A stretch of 64,000 bases of DNA from Bdellovibrionales bacterium (lineage in GTDB: Bacteria; Bdellovibrionota; Bdellovibrionia; Bdellovibrionales; JAUICD01). Shown here piece after piece: positions 49,585-61,163 of the stretch. A model generated the notes under the pieces. The model was not told where the DNA came from. It saw nothing but the letters and a program-made list of their open reading frames with translations, and searched no databases. Position 1 is the stretch's first letter; each line of letters opens with the position of its first letter. The translations under genes and the position numbers were made by a program. The stretch spans positions 1,088,001-1,152,000 of the forward strand of contig OZ241865.1 in the NCBI GenBank assembly GCA_965203275.1, given 5' to 3'.

Positions 49585-51705
49585 GTGAAATTATCATCAC
49601 CTCATAAAAAAAAGGCATTTAGTACATTTTTTCTTTGGTTAATGCTTGTGGCAAGTGTTATTGTTGTGTTTCAATTTTATGTAGAGCAGACACAAGATAA
49701 CATCGCAGATTTTGACTACGGAAAATTTTACACAGCTGTTGAAAACAAAGAGATTGAAAGTGTGATTTTTTATGAACACACAGGTCAAATCAGTGGTGAA
49801 GTCAAACCAGCATTTCAAGAAAAATACCAAGGTAAAAAATTCAATATTTATGGTGCAACAGGAGAGGAGTCTTTTAAATTTTTAAAAGAAAATGGCATTA
49901 TTCCAAGCTATGCTCGATCTGATGATTCTTTAATCTATAAGGTTATTATGACTTGGCTTCCACTCCTTGTGATCATTTTGTTTTTCTTTTTTATTTTTCG
50001 TCAAATACAGGCAGGTGGTCGAGCTATGAGCTTTGGTAAGAGCAAAGCCCGCTTACTCACAGAACATAAAAACACTATTACATTTAAAGACGTTGCTGGG
50101 GTTAATGAAGCTAAAGAAGAATTAAATGAAATCATTGCTTTTCTCAAAGAACCCAAAAAATTTACCCAACTGGGTGGTAAAATTCCTAAAGGGGTTTTAA
50201 TGATAGGTTCTCCTGGAACGGGTAAAACCCTACTTGCTAGAGCTGTAGCTGGGGAAGCTGGTGTGCCTTTCTTTACTATTTCTGGATCTGATTTTGTGGA
50301 GATGTTTGTGGGCGTAGGAGCTTCTCGAGTCAGAGATTTATTTGAACAAGGTAAAAAAAATGCTCCATGTTTGATCTTTATAGATGAAATTGACGCTGTA
50401 GGAAGACATAGAGGTGCAGGGATGGGAGGAGGCCATGACGAAAGAGAGCAAACTCTCAATCAACTTTTAGTTGAAATGGATGGTTTTGAAAGCACAGAAG
50501 GTGTGATTTTAATTGCTGCAACCAACAGACCAGATGTTTTGGACCCTGCTTTACTAAGGCCAGGAAGATTTGATCGCCGAGTGATTGTAAGCAAACCTGA
50601 TATTAAAGGCAGAGAGAAAATATTAGAAGTGCATATTCATAAAGTACCTACCTCAAAAGAGGTGGATTTAAAAGTTATTGCCAAGGGGACCCCTGGTTTT
50701 TCTGGAGCAGATTTAAGAAATTTGGTCAATGAAGCTGCTTTATTAGCTGCTCGTAAAAGTAAACAAATTGTAGATATGGATGACTTAGAACAGGCTAAAG
50801 ACAAGGTATTGATGGGGTCAGAACGTAAGTCTATGACCATTAGCGATGAAGATAGAAAAATTACAGCCTACCATGAAGCAGGACATACATTAGTAGGTAA
50901 GATTATTCCTGGAACAGATCCTATTCATAAAGTCACTATTATTCCTCGTGGCATGGCATTGGGAGTCACACAGACCTTACCAGAGGAGGAGCGTTTGAAT
51001 ATGACAAAGCAGAAAGCTAATAATATGATAGCCTTTTTGTTTGGTGGGCGAGCTGCCGAAGAAATCATATTTGAAGATTATACAACAGGAGCAGGTAATG
51101 ATATTGAAAGAGCGACAGAGATTGCTAGAAAAATGGTTTGTGAGTGGGGAATGAGTGAAACCTTAGGTCCATTAGCTTTTGAGAAAAGAGAAGGACCTGT
51201 ATTTTTAGGTTTACAAACAAAAAGTGATAAAGATTACTCAGAAGCAACAGCTCAACAAATTGATCAAGAGGTCACACGTCTGATCATGGAAGGACATAAG
51301 AAGGCTAAAAAAATCCTTGCAGAAAATATTGCTATTCTGCACAATTTAGCAGAAGCCCTGTTAGAGAAAGAAACCATAGACGGTGAAGAAGTAGATATGA
51401 TTATGAGAGGCAATACTTTAAAAGATATAGAAGATCTAAGAAATGAGCGTTTAAAAGAACTGGCTGCTGAAAACAAAAAACAAAAGAGAAAAAACAACAA
51501 AGCCCAAAAAGCAAAAGAGAAAAAAGAGAAAGAGAAAAAGGATAGCCAGCAAACTTCTCAAAAAAGCAATAGCCTTTTTGGTAGTGCCAAAATTAGAAAT
51601 AAATTTACACCGGGTGAAAAATCTAACTCTAAACAATCTAATAAAAAAACATCATCAAAAGGTCCTAAGCGATTTGATCAACCTTCCACCCCTAAAGATA
51701 CTTAA
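49585..51705 (+). CDS. ftsH: ATP-dependent zinc metalloprotease FtsH
   Basis: [21 protein letters not shown]. Confidence 0.97.
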   Translation: MKLSSPHKKKAFSTFFLWLMLVASVIVVFQFYVEQTQDNIADFDYGKFYTAVENKEIESVIFYEHTGQISGEVKPAFQEKYQGKKFNIYGATGEESFKFLKENGIIPSYARSDDSLIYKVIMTWLPLLVIILFFFFIFRQIQAGGRAMSFGKSKARLLTEHKNTITFKDVAGVNEAKEELNEIIAFLKEPKKFTQLGGKIPKGVLMIGSPGTGKTLLARAVAGEAGVPFFTISGSDFVEMFVGVGASRVRDLFEQGKKNAPCLIFIDEIDAVGRHRGAGMGGGHDEREQTLNQLLVEMDGFESTEGVILIAATNRPDVLDPALLRPGRFDRRVIVSKPDIKGREKILEVHIHKVPTSKEVDLKVIAKGTPGFSGADLRNLVNEAALLAARKSKQIVDMDDLEQAKDKVLMGSERKSMTISDEDRKITAYHEAGHTLVGKIIPGTDPIHKVTIIPRGMALGVTQTLPEEERLNMTKQKANNMIAFLFGGRAAEEIIFEDYTTGAGNDIERATEIARKMVCEWGMSETLGPLAFEKREGPVFLGLQTKSDKDYSEATAQQIDQEVTRLIMEGHKKAKKILAENIAILHNLAEALLEKETIDGEEVDMIMRGNTLKDIEDLRNERLKELAAENKKQKRKNNKAQKAKEKKEKEKKDSQQTSQKSNSLFGSAKIRNKFTPGEKSNSKQSNKKTSSKGPKRFDQPSTPKDT

Positions 51706-51711
51706 CAAACT

Positions 51712-52563
51712 CTAAACACGACCTAGTGTTTTTTTCATAAAATGAGGTAGCTGGAAAGCAGCCTTATGTATACCTGAATTATAATACTGAAAATCCCATC
51801 CTTTTGTTTTATGGGCATCATAATCTTCAATAGGATGATATTTTTTAGAAGAAAACAGAAAAGACCAAAGCCCCCCTGGATAAACTAAATTTGAATAATT
51901 ATAAAACTCAACAATAGGAAAATGCTCTTGAAGTCTTCTCATCATAGATGCTTGCAGTTCACCTTCATAAAAAGGTGATTCACATTGAGATACCACAATG
52001 CCGTCTTCATTTAATATGCAATGTATATTTTGATAAAACTGACTATCAAAGAGTGGAATAGCAGGTCCTAGAGGGTCTGTAGAATCCACAAGAACCACAT
52101 CAAAATGTTCTGTGGTATTTTTAACATACTTGACACCATCATCGATATGCACTTTCACACGTGCATGATCTAATTGAGAGGCTGTTTGAGGTATGAATTT
52201 CTTACAAGCTTCTACCACACAAGAGTCAATTTCTACAAGGGTGCATTTTTTAACTTGTGGATGTTTTAAAACCTCTCTGACAGTTCCACCATCTCCACCT
52301 CCAATCACTAAAATATTTTGAGGGTGAGAATGAACAAAAAGAGGTACGTGAGCAATCATTTCATGGTACACAAATTCGTCTTTTTCTGAAAGCATAGCGA
52401 TTTTATCATTGAAAAGCATTTTTCCGTATCCTTCTGTTTCAACCACCTGAACATGTTGAAACGGGCTTTTTTTAGAATACAAAATCTTTTTTATATCATA
52501 ACGTAAACTTAAAATGTCTTGATGTCTTTCTTCTATCCATAGATTAGCTTTTTTCATAATCAC
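51712..52563 (-). CDS. speE: Polyamine aminopropyltransferase (spermidine synthase)
   Basis: ILVIGGGDGGTVRE, LVEID, VDSTDP. Confidence 0.95.
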   Translation of the reverse strand: MIMKKANLWIEERHQDILSLRYDIKKILYSKKSPFQHVQVVETEGYGKMLFNDKIAMLSEKDEFVYHEMIAHVPLFVHSHPQNILVIGGGDGGTVREVLKHPQVKKCTLVEIDSCVVEACKKFIPQTASQLDHARVKVHIDDGVKYVKNTTEHFDVVLVDSTDPLGPAIPLFDSQFYQNIHCILNEDGIVVSQCESPFYEGELQASMMRRLQEHFPIVEFYNYSNLVYPGGLWSFLFSSKKYHPIEDYDAHKTKGWDFQYYNSGIHKAAFQLPHFMKKTLGRV

Positions 52564-52567
52564 ACTC

Positions 52568-53584
52568 CTACTTAAGTGAAATTTTAAATGGTTCTAATGC
52601 CTGGCTTTGTTTTTTATAAAAATTATAAAATTGAATATCATATCCAAAATTAAGCTTTTTGCATACCTTTCTCTTAGGTAAATATAAATGATTAAGGCAA
52701 GGGGTATGTTGAATTTGAAATTGAAAAATGTCAAATAGTTTAGGTTTAAAAATATCTAAAATCTTTTCAATAGTTGCTTGATAGTCATTTGTAAAAAAGT
52801 GATTGGTTTCAAAGCTCACATAAGAACCTAAATCACCAGGACTTATGTGAAAAGTATAATATTCATTTTCTCTTATAGCATTTAAAGAATAGCCATAAGG
52901 TTTAAAAATATGATCATCAATTTGGAATTTGTTTGGAAAGATATCATAAAGACCAAGTGATTGAAAAGCTGTCTTTATTTCTGCATCCAACTGAGAAGAT
53001 GAAAAGACATTTTTAATAGTATCGTCTATTTCATGCATGAGCAATTCTAGTGTCATATCTTGAAGGTAAAGTAAAAAAGGACTCATTTTATTGTTGTGTA
53101 AAAGCATTTCAGGTGTCATATCTTTTAAGTTAAGTGTCGTAGTCTCAATGTCTTTGCAGAAAAGACAAATATGATGCTCTGTCAGATCTCCAAAACGATA
53201 AGCTGTAGCATTAAAGTGATTTTTTAATCTCTTAGCATCTTCATAGAAATTTGTAGATTGGTCTGTAGGGAAAATAGGATTTTTCCGCTCATAGAAAAAT
53301 GAAAGTATATGATCTTTAGGAATAAAATTTAAAATTTCTAAAGTGGCATCTACTAAAGATGTATTTCCACAAGTGATCATTGTCATAAAATGATCATAAA
53401 TAAACAGTGATGACTCAGAAAGTAAATAAGCAATGCAGTAATCATTTTGCATAGAAGACAAAATTTGGGACTTTGACTTTTTGACGACATTTTTCCATAA
53501 AGAGATATCTAAATGCCTCAAAGACTTTATATCTTCTGAAACAAAAAGTTCTAGTTTTTTCTCTGTTCCTTCAAAGCGTGTCAT
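52568..53584 (-). CDS. speD: S-adenosylmethionine decarboxylase, eukaryote-like class
   Basis: FEGTEKKLE, YLLSESSLF, TCGNT, PYGYSLN, HISP..SYVSFETN; adjacent to speE. Confidence 0.85.
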   Translation of the reverse strand: MTRFEGTEKKLELFVSEDIKSLRHLDISLWKNVVKKSKSQILSSMQNDYCIAYLLSESSLFIYDHFMTMITCGNTSLVDATLEILNFIPKDHILSFFYERKNPIFPTDQSTNFYEDAKRLKNHFNATAYRFGDLTEHHICLFCKDIETTTLNLKDMTPEMLLHNNKMSPFLLYLQDMTLELLMHEIDDTIKNVFSSSQLDAEIKTAFQSLGLYDIFPNKFQIDDHIFKPYGYSLNAIRENEYYTFHISPGDLGSYVSFETNHFFTNDYQATIEKILDIFKPKLFDIFQFQIQHTPCLNHLYLPKRKVCKKLNFGYDIQFYNFYKKQSQALEPFKISLK

Positions 53585-53748
53585 TTTTTAGCCCTATGAT
53601 GATCATTGCACTGTGTTTGAGTTATGATTTTTTATAGGTTTTTACTTACTTCAACAATAAACTTATCCATTTGACTCTATCCCCCTCCCCTCTCTTCAAA
53701 GAGATCAAGGGCAAGCGATTTTGAACCAAATCAAAATGCCTAAACCTT

Positions 53749-54639
53749 TTAAGAAGACGCGATGTAAGCAGAAAGTAATACCATCAAGAAACACCAAAGT
53801 AAAGATAAAATACCTAAAATAAATAACACATCTTTGATATATATTTGCTTTTGTCGATAAAGCTCTTGCAATAAAAGTTTATGTGCTATCACAATAGAAG
53901 ATGGATGCTGTTCAAATAAAATTAGGTCATTGCCCATAGAGCCTTTAACTAATATCTCCCCTTTCACGGATGGTTGCGAGTTCAATAAGGATGGTAAGTG
54001 ATCTATTTGATTTGCGAATAAAACTTCTCCTTTATGATTCCATATTCCATAAAGACATATTTGAGATTCCCCCATAGCTACAGCAAGAGCTTCCTTTTCT
54101 ATTTCAAAAATAGCAATTTCTTTTTGAAAGCTAGGTTCTGTAGGAATAGTCAAAGGTACAACCACAAGCAAATTTTTAAAAGGAGAGTTTATGAAGTACA
54201 TAGGATGTTTTAGATCCAAGGAATTAAGCTCTTTACTAAGCCAAAACATAAGGTCTTTGATATGAAGCTTTTCTATAGATTGATTGTCAAATAAGTTTTT
54301 TTTATACCAGTGTTTTTTAACAGAATAAAACGGACCTTTACTAAACAAAATAAATCTTAAAATGTTTCTATGGGATAAATACTGCTCTGTTGACATGGAT
54401 GCAGGGTTATTTTTAGCACCAATAGCATAATTCATTAATTCATCGTTGAATTGACTTAATCTTTGTAGGCGATTTTGTTGTTGTTCTTGACAATAGGCTT
54501 TTTGAGAGGATACTTTCCAATTAAAGTTCTTGTTTTGTTGATAATAAGCTACTAAACAGACAACTGTAGCAATAATAATAAGACCAAACCATAAAATTTT
54601 ATGAGAGAAAACAAGAGAAGGTAACCATTTTAAAGACAT
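53749..54639 (-). CDS. Hypothetical membrane protein (two TM flanking a periplasmic region)
   Basis: N- and C-terminal hydrophobic helices. Confidence 0.6.
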   Translation of the reverse strand: MSLKWLPSLVFSHKILWFGLIIIATVVCLVAYYQQNKNFNWKVSSQKAYCQEQQQNRLQRLSQFNDELMNYAIGAKNNPASMSTEQYLSHRNILRFILFSKGPFYSVKKHWYKKNLFDNQSIEKLHIKDLMFWLSKELNSLDLKHPMYFINSPFKNLLVVVPLTIPTEPSFQKEIAIFEIEKEALAVAMGESQICLYGIWNHKGEVLFANQIDHLPSLLNSQPSVKGEILVKGSMGNDLILFEQHPSSIVIAHKLLLQELYRQKQIYIKDVLFILGILSLLWCFLMVLLSAYIASS

Positions 54640-54779
54640 TTTTATAAACCTTTCTTAAGATGGTATAAAATGGCACTTAATAGTCATTGAACTTTAATGA
54701 TATTAGACAGTGGTTTTTTATATTTTGCAATGAGAATCATTGTCATAAAAAATTTTCAAAAAACAAAAGGAGGGAGAAC

Positions 54780-55658
54780 ATGGGCAAAATACAAGGTGTT
54801 TTGACAGCTTTAGTGACACCATTTAAAAATGGTCAGATAGATGTGGTTTCTTTAAAGAAGCTTGTGCGACATCAAATAGATGGAGGCATTCATGGTCTTG
54901 TTGTCATAGGGACCACTTCTGAAAGTCCCACCTTAAATGATCAAGAAAAAAAACAAATTTTTGATATAGTGAGGTCTGAAGTGGCAGGGCAAGTGCCATT
55001 GATTGTGGGAGTGAGTTCTAACTGCACAACCGATGCCATTGCAAAAGCTCAAAGGACAGCTGATTGGGATGGCGTAGATGCTCTTTTATGTGTTGTACCT
55101 TATTATAATAAGCCTCCTCAAAGAGGTCTTCTGCATTACTTCCAACAAATCACGCGATCTATCTCTATTCCTATTTTACTTTACAATGTGCCATCTCGAA
55201 CAGTCACTTCATTAAAATTAGAAAGTATTATTGCTCTAGCAGAGTGTGATCAAATTATTGGGATCAAGGAAGCATCAGGTGATATGATTTTTGATAAAGC
55301 TTTATTAGAGCATTTTTCAGGAAGTCGTATGTTTGCAATTTTAAGTGGGGATGATGGAACCTTTGGACCTTTTATGGAGTTGGGTGGATGTGGTATTATT
55401 TCTGTTATTTCTAATTTATTACCACTTCAAACTGCTACAGTGTATAATTCTTATGTGGACAAAGATATAACAAAAGCCAAGTTGCAGTTTCAAGAGCTAA
55501 AAAAATACATAGATCTGTTAAATTTTGACACCAATCCTATACCCATCAAAACAGCATTATATGTGTCAGGATTAATTCCTAAGCTAGAATTCAGGAGTCC
55601 TCTGATGGTTCCAGAAGCTCAACAAATCCAGCAACTTAAAAAAGAACTTACAATATAG
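54780..55658 (+). CDS. dapA: 4-hydroxy-tetrahydrodipicolinate synthase
   Basis: ALVTPF, GTTSES, PYYNKP, LYNVPSRT, GIKEAS; ATG 54780 after AGGAGG. Confidence 0.92.
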   Translation: MGKIQGVLTALVTPFKNGQIDVVSLKKLVRHQIDGGIHGLVVIGTTSESPTLNDQEKKQIFDIVRSEVAGQVPLIVGVSSNCTTDAIAKAQRTADWDGVDALLCVVPYYNKPPQRGLLHYFQQITRSISIPILLYNVPSRTVTSLKLESIIALAECDQIIGIKEASGDMIFDKALLEHFSGSRMFAILSGDDGTFGPFMELGGCGIISVISNLLPLQTATVYNSYVDKDITKAKLQFQELKKYIDLLNFDTNPIPIKTALYVSGLIPKLEFRSPLMVPEAQQIQQLKKELTI

Positions 55659-55713
55659 TTGATGCTAGACTAGCCTGATTGATTTTAGCAAAATAGCTTT
55701 GAACGAAATTTAC

Positions 55714-55776
55714 AAAAGCATCTAAGGAGGAATCTATTTTTGTAGGATTTCCAAAATGTCCTTTGGATGCTTTTTT
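55714..55776. terminator. Hairpin between convergent dapA and ssb
   Basis: AAAAGCATCTAAGGA...TCCTTTGGATGCTTTTTT. Confidence 0.45.
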
Positions 55777-55824
55777 GCAGGCCAACACACTGTCACCTTC
55801 TTACATAATTTCTTTCTGAAACCC

Positions 55825-56379
55825 TTAAAAAGGCATTTGGTCTGATGCTTCTGCACCCTTTCCGTTATTCACCCCTGTATTTGTTGCTGGAGCTGGAGGG
55901 GTAGTAGTTTGTTGTTGTGGTGGATCAAAATGAGGCTCTTCTACATAAGGCTTTTCTTCATAAGAAGATGTGTTGCCACTGTTATTTTGATTATTTTGAG
56001 ATAATTGAGATGTAGTAGTAGTAGGCGATACAGAAGAACTCTTATGTTCACTAGGGCCACCTAAAAACTGCACAGTTGAAGCAATGATTTCGGTAGAATA
56101 TTTCTTTACATTTTGGCTGTCTTCCCATGAGCGAGTTTGCAATCGCCCTTCAAGATAAACCTGTCGACCCTTTGATAAATGTTGATGACAGATTTCACCT
56201 AACCGACCCCATGCGATAATTCTATGCCACTCTGTTTTCTCATTCTGCTCACCCGTTTTGCTTTTCCAATACTCGTTGGTTGCTACATTAAACCGTGTTA
56301 CAGAATGTCCACTGGTCGTATGTCGCAACTCAGGGTCACTTCCTAAATGTCCTATAATAATAACTTTGTTAATGCTCAT
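55825..56379 (-). CDS. ssb: Single-stranded DNA-binding protein
   Basis: [34 protein letters not shown]-terminal DQMPF. Confidence 0.96.
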   Translation of the reverse strand: MSINKVIIIGHLGSDPELRHTTSGHSVTRFNVATNEYWKSKTGEQNEKTEWHRIIAWGRLGEICHQHLSKGRQVYLEGRLQTRSWEDSQNVKKYSTEIIASTVQFLGGPSEHKSSSVSPTTTTSQLSQNNQNNSGNTSSYEEKPYVEEPHFDPPQQQTTTPPAPATNTGVNNGKGAEASDQMPF

Positions 56380-56768
56380 TACATGTCTCCTTCTTTCCTT
56401 AATTTTTAACAATTAACAATAATAATTATAAATAACTTAAAATTCTTTCTTTTCTTTATCACTTAAGTAGCAATCACTTAAGTAGCATTTAAATAGCCTT
56501 AAATGAATGATTTAAGCTTTCATAATAATAACTCTAAATTTACACTTTTACCACAAATACTTCAACAAAGATAGTCTGCTCAAAGCGTTGTCACACTTTG
56601 GCAAGTATTTTCTTTCAAGTCAAGGATAAATATTGATTTTAATAACTTTTTAGCCATTATTAAGGCTCTATTTGACTCTCTGTGCCATAAATAAATAGCC
56701 TTTAGATGATTACAACAATCAAATGGATTTTGTGGAGGGGGAGAGGATGACTATGACGATGGATTTTT

Positions 56769-57725
56769 TTAAGGGGCATATTCCATCACAGCAAAAAACT
56801 CTAATTGTGGATTTGCTCCTAAAAAATCTTCTGATTTCATAAGGTTTTGCAAGGCAGGTGGTAGCAATTGTTCTTCAATAGAAGATGGTGGTCGATGAGG
56901 TAGAAGTCCAAAAACAAACACAGCTTCACTTCGGTTGAGGGTGATCTGAAAAGAAAGAGCTTCCTGTAAAGCTCTTCCTTCCAACTCTACCAGAAACACA
57001 TTAATATCCGGCTCTAAAGTGACACTTGTTTCAGAAAGCTCTGTTACATTCAAATCAATGACGATACCTATTTGTCCAAAAGAGTCATTTTCCTCACCTC
57101 TTAAAGCAAATACCTCTCTTTGGTTTTCTCCTTGCGGTTGTTTTGTAACTTCCCATGTTCTCTGTGTTAAAATAGTTTTATTTTCAGCTGCTCTTAAAGC
57201 CTGTGCAAAATCAAAAATCACAGCATGTTGACTGCCTCGAGGTTCTGCTGTCTGAATTAAGGGACTGTCTGTGGGTAACACAACAAAATAAACCCTGATT
57301 TGACCTGATGAAAATGTATCATCTTCTTTATTTGATTCTTGTATTTCGATGGAAGGACTTGTAGAAGGTAATATGTCTTGAGATAAAAAAGCATCATTTT
57401 GAGAAAGCTGGGTAAAACCTTCGTCTACTATGTCTGATTTTTGTAACAATCCTTGGGACTTTGGTAAATCTTCTATAGAATCATTGAGTTGAGATGAAAA
57501 GATATCAGTATCTTCATCTTGAAGATGAATAAGAATTTTTTCATAAACAAAAAAAGTTGTAATGGAGACAACAATACATAGTAACACAATATAAAAACCT
57601 GTACTTTCCACAACCTTTTTAAAAAAAGATTGATGTTGAGAGATATAGGTTTCCATATTGACACCACACTTTGCACAGAAGATATCTTGTGGCTGTTCAA
57701 ATCCACAATGTGGACAAATAATCAT
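56769..57725 (-). CDS. Zinc-ribbon membrane protein
   Basis: CPHCGFEQ..FCAKCG plus TM helix. Confidence 0.7.
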   Translation of the reverse strand: MIICPHCGFEQPQDIFCAKCGVNMETYISQHQSFFKKVVESTGFYIVLLCIVVSITTFFVYEKILIHLQDEDTDIFSSQLNDSIEDLPKSQGLLQKSDIVDEGFTQLSQNDAFLSQDILPSTSPSIEIQESNKEDDTFSSGQIRVYFVVLPTDSPLIQTAEPRGSQHAVIFDFAQALRAAENKTILTQRTWEVTKQPQGENQREVFALRGEENDSFGQIGIVIDLNVTELSETSVTLEPDINVFLVELEGRALQEALSFQITLNRSEAVFVFGLLPHRPPSSIEEQLLPPALQNLMKSEDFLGANPQLEFFAVMEYAP

Positions 57726-57815
57726 TGAGTACTCCTTTAAGTTTTTCTAATTCAAATTTTCATAACTTTATCTTACATAACCCTACAATCTTTGTATATA
57801 ATCATCATTAGAAAA

Positions 57816-58058
57816 TTAGAAATAAAAAAAACACCATAGACAAACAGCACATACAATACCTAAAAGTCCTATATCCATTAAAGACCAGTATTGACTAATA
57901 CTCCAAAAGCATAAAAAGAAAAACGAAAAAACAAACCAAAAAACTAAAAGAGGCTCGAAGAATCCTATCACCCCTTCTCCAAAAGTAGCAAAAATCCAAC
58001 CTAAAACAAACCCCGTGACCGCTCTTAAAATAAATATAGTTGTTTTTAATAGTTTCAT
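57816..58058 (-). CDS. Small membrane protein
   Basis: Hydrophobic ORF in operon. Confidence 0.6.
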   Translation of the reverse strand: MKLLKTTIFILRAVTGFVLGWIFATFGEGVIGFFEPLLVFWFVFSFFFLCFWSISQYWSLMDIGLLGIVCAVCLWCFFYF

Positions 58059-58067
58059 AAAAATATT

Positions 58068-61000
58068 TTACTGTTGTGAAAGTTTTAATATTTTAGATTC
58101 AATAATTTTTTTATCATAAGCATTTGGAGCTGTTTGAATGTAACGTTCATAAACAGCAATAGCCCTTTGCACTTGCCCTTTTTGTTCATAAATTTCTCCT
58201 TGTTCTTTATAGATCAAAGGATTTGCTCCTGATAACTTTTCTGCTTGTGCAATCATTTTTTCTGCAACATCAAAGTTATTAGAAAGTCTATAAGCTTGAG
58301 CTAGAGAGATATAGATCTGCCCACCTTGTGGACGAATTTTAATAGCTCTTTGATATTCTGCAATAGCCTTTGCATAGTGACCAGTTTTCATATAAGTATC
58401 CCCTGCAAGCAAATAAGATTCAGCTAAATTAGGATTGATTTGCTTTTCTTTTTTAGCTGCCTGAAGAGCTTCATTGGTTTGTCCTAGCTGCAAATAGGCC
58501 TGCCCTTGATAAAAATAAGCCCTTGGATATTTGTCATTAATTTTTAAAACTGTTTCAAATTGAGGGATGGCCTCTGTGTATCTTTGAGCTTCCATATAAA
58601 TGACACCAACCTGAAACAAAGGCTTAGCATCAACAGGATCTGCAATAGCAGCATTTAAGTAAGCTTTCAAAGCTTTGTTTATTTCGCGGTCAGGCATTTG
58701 TCTATAAATATCTCCCAACAGCACTTGAGCTTTTTTATTTCTAGGATCTCTTATGACAATTTCATTCAAAATGGCTTCTGCTTTTTGGTATTCGTGATCC
58801 ATAAAATAAATTTCAGCTAAAGCGATCTTATAATCTGGCTGATCTGGGTATGTGTTGATCAAAGGCAGGATATATTTTTCACCAAATTCTCTTCCTTGCA
58901 AGGCTGCTATCACCTTTGCATAAAAAGATTGAATCTTTGCATCCACACCTACCAGCTCAATGGCTTTAGCCATAATTTGATAAGCTTCTTGATATTTGTC
59001 AAGATGGTAAAGACCTTGTGCAAGAATCATGTTGGTCTCTATATCTGTGTCGTAAAGCTTAAGGGCTTTTTTAGCAAAAGATATAGCTCCTTTATAATTT
59101 TGCCTTCTCAACTCAACTAAGGCGACAGATTTGAGCAGTTTATAATTTTGAGATGTTTTTCTTATGCCACGTAGAAGAAAGGCCATAGCCATATCAAATT
59201 GATATTTTTGAGAAAGAATATCAGACAAAGCCACATAAACATCTATCATTTGAGGGTCAGCTACGAGAGCTTTTTTCATCCAAGTGACACTTTCTGTTCT
59301 GAAATTTAATTCCCAAAGAGATTGACCTGCTCTCAATGCTGCCATAGCATTTTTTGGATTCTGCTCGAAAGCTGCCTTATACTGAGCCTGAGCTTCTGCA
59401 AATTTTTTTTTCTCATAAAAAAAATCTCCTAATGCTATTAATTGACTTTCTGTCGTATGGAGTGCTTGTAGAGCTTCCTGACCTCCTATACTTAAAATAA
59501 TTTCTTTAGATTTGAGATTTAATGGATCTTTCTCATAACTTTTTTGAGCAAAGTTTAATGCCATTTTATTATTTTTTTGACTTATATAATATCGAGATAA
59601 GGCAAGGGTGACCCGAGAATAAATATCTGGTAAAAGTAAAATTTCATTAGACTTAAGTCCTTGTGTGATTCTTTGAATGCCTTGTTGATGATTTTCTAAA
59701 ACAGTTAGATCTAAATATCCTAATAAAACCATTGTAAAAATATGTGATGGGTTTTGTGTGTGAATCTGCCTTAAAGTTTCTGCTACAGCAATAGGTGGTT
59801 TTTGATTTATAGACAGTTTTTGATCTATTTGGTACTGGGCTTCCCTAATATAAAGTTTAAGCCAATGAGTCCAAGTGTTTTGTTTTGCCATAGATTGGGC
59901 TTTTTGAATATAGGCAATCGCCTCATCGTACTGGCCTGACCTTGCTAATATCTCTGCCTTTATATCATAGAGAACAGGAATTTCAGAATAATTTTTAAGA
60001 GCATTATTTGTGATGTTGCTAGCCATTTCTATTTGATCTGATAAAAGATGTTTGACAATAAGACATAAATTTTGATGGATACCAATGGCTTGTACTTGTG
60101 AGATTCTCTGTGAAAGCTGAGTGATGGCAATACGATCTTCAGATGTTTTTTGGGAATAAGGCCAAAGCTCTCTGTGTGTTAAACACAGCTGTCCTAGTAT
60201 ATCTGGAACATCTGAAGCATCCTCTGCTAGCTGTACAAGTTGCTCTTGTGCTTGTACATAACCTTTATAAGTGCTTGTGTAAAATAATTTAAGGATTTTT
60301 TGAAAACGTTCTTTAAGTTTATCTTCGGAAACTTTACCTATATCAAACTTACTAGGGAATATTAAAGAGACCCTCTGTGTCTTTTCTTCTTCCTCTCCCT
60401 CATCAAGTACAAGGTAAGCAACGGATATAAAACAACATAAAAAAAGTAGTTTAGATATTGATCGAGATGATTTCTTTTTCTGCTTTTTCTTTCCTGGAGG
60501 TTTTTCTTGTATCATCTGTTGTGTTTCATTTTTGGGAAAATCTTGAGCTAATAGTTGCTGATTTTTAGGTAATGGCATATTAGAGTTATGAGAAACTTGA
60601 CTTGCATAAGGGCTATGATGAACGTCCTTAAAGTCAATGTCTTGAGAAGATAGTACAGATGGCTTCTGCTCTGGTGTTTCTGTTTTTTCAGAAGCTTCTG
60701 AATCTAAAAGGTCTTTATCTAAGCCATTTTTTTTACGAGATGAAGAGTTAAGAATTTGACCAGAATGATCAGAAACAATATCTTCTGCCGAAATACTTTC
60801 AATAAGAGGCTTTTCTGAATGATCTGTTGATGGGGTCACATCTATATTTTCCACTTCAGGAGCATTTTCTAAATCTTCATCAGGACTTTCTTTATCAGGG
60901 TGAGGTATTAGAGGATTAGCAAGGGCAGAAAGTAAAGCTTCATAAAATGGAGGACATTTAGATAAGTTTTGCCATAAGCCTCCTGGATATTCAGAAACCT

Positions 61001-61118
61001 TCTCTGTACCTGTTAGCTGACCTTTGTGGATGAAGTCAATGATCTCTGTTTGATTATAAGGGCCAGCTATCTGCCCATCTGTGTACTTGACCATCCACTT
61101 TGAATTATTTTTAGACAT
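58068..61118 (-). CDS. Membrane-anchored TPR protein with GYF-like N-terminal domain
   Basis: WMVKYTDGQIAGPY; TM helix; many TPR repeats. Confidence 0.85.
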   Translation of the reverse strand: MSKNNSKWMVKYTDGQIAGPYNQTEIIDFIHKGQLTGTEKVSEYPGGLWQNLSKCPPFYEALLSALANPLIPHPDKESPDEDLENAPEVENIDVTPSTDHSEKPLIESISAEDIVSDHSGQILNSSSRKKNGLDKDLLDSEASEKTETPEQKPSVLSSQDIDFKDVHHSPYASQVSHNSNMPLPKNQQLLAQDFPKNETQQMIQEKPPGKKKQKKKSSRSISKLLFLCCFISVAYLVLDEGEEEEKTQRVSLIFPSKFDIGKVSEDKLKERFQKILKLFYTSTYKGYVQAQEQLVQLAEDASDVPDILGQLCLTHRELWPYSQKTSEDRIAITQLSQRISQVQAIGIHQNLCLIVKHLLSDQIEMASNITNNALKNYSEIPVLYDIKAEILARSGQYDEAIAYIQKAQSMAKQNTWTHWLKLYIREAQYQIDQKLSINQKPPIAVAETLRQIHTQNPSHIFTMVLLGYLDLTVLENHQQGIQRITQGLKSNEILLLPDIYSRVTLALSRYYISQKNNKMALNFAQKSYEKDPLNLKSKEIILSIGGQEALQALHTTESQLIALGDFFYEKKKFAEAQAQYKAAFEQNPKNAMAALRAGQSLWELNFRTESVTWMKKALVADPQMIDVYVALSDILSQKYQFDMAMAFLLRGIRKTSQNYKLLKSVALVELRRQNYKGAISFAKKALKLYDTDIETNMILAQGLYHLDKYQEAYQIMAKAIELVGVDAKIQSFYAKVIAALQGREFGEKYILPLINTYPDQPDYKIALAEIYFMDHEYQKAEAILNEIVIRDPRNKKAQVLLGDIYRQMPDREINKALKAYLNAAIADPVDAKPLFQVGVIYMEAQRYTEAIPQFETVLKINDKYPRAYFYQGQAYLQLGQTNEALQAAKKEKQINPNLAESYLLAGDTYMKTGHYAKAIAEYQRAIKIRPQGGQIYISLAQAYRLSNNFDVAEKMIAQAEKLSGANPLIYKEQGEIYEQKGQVQRAIAVYERYIQTAPNAYDKKIIESKILKLSQQ

Positions 61119-61163
61119 TTGACATCCTAAAATTTTTATTTACGTTACGTTACACTTTTAAAA

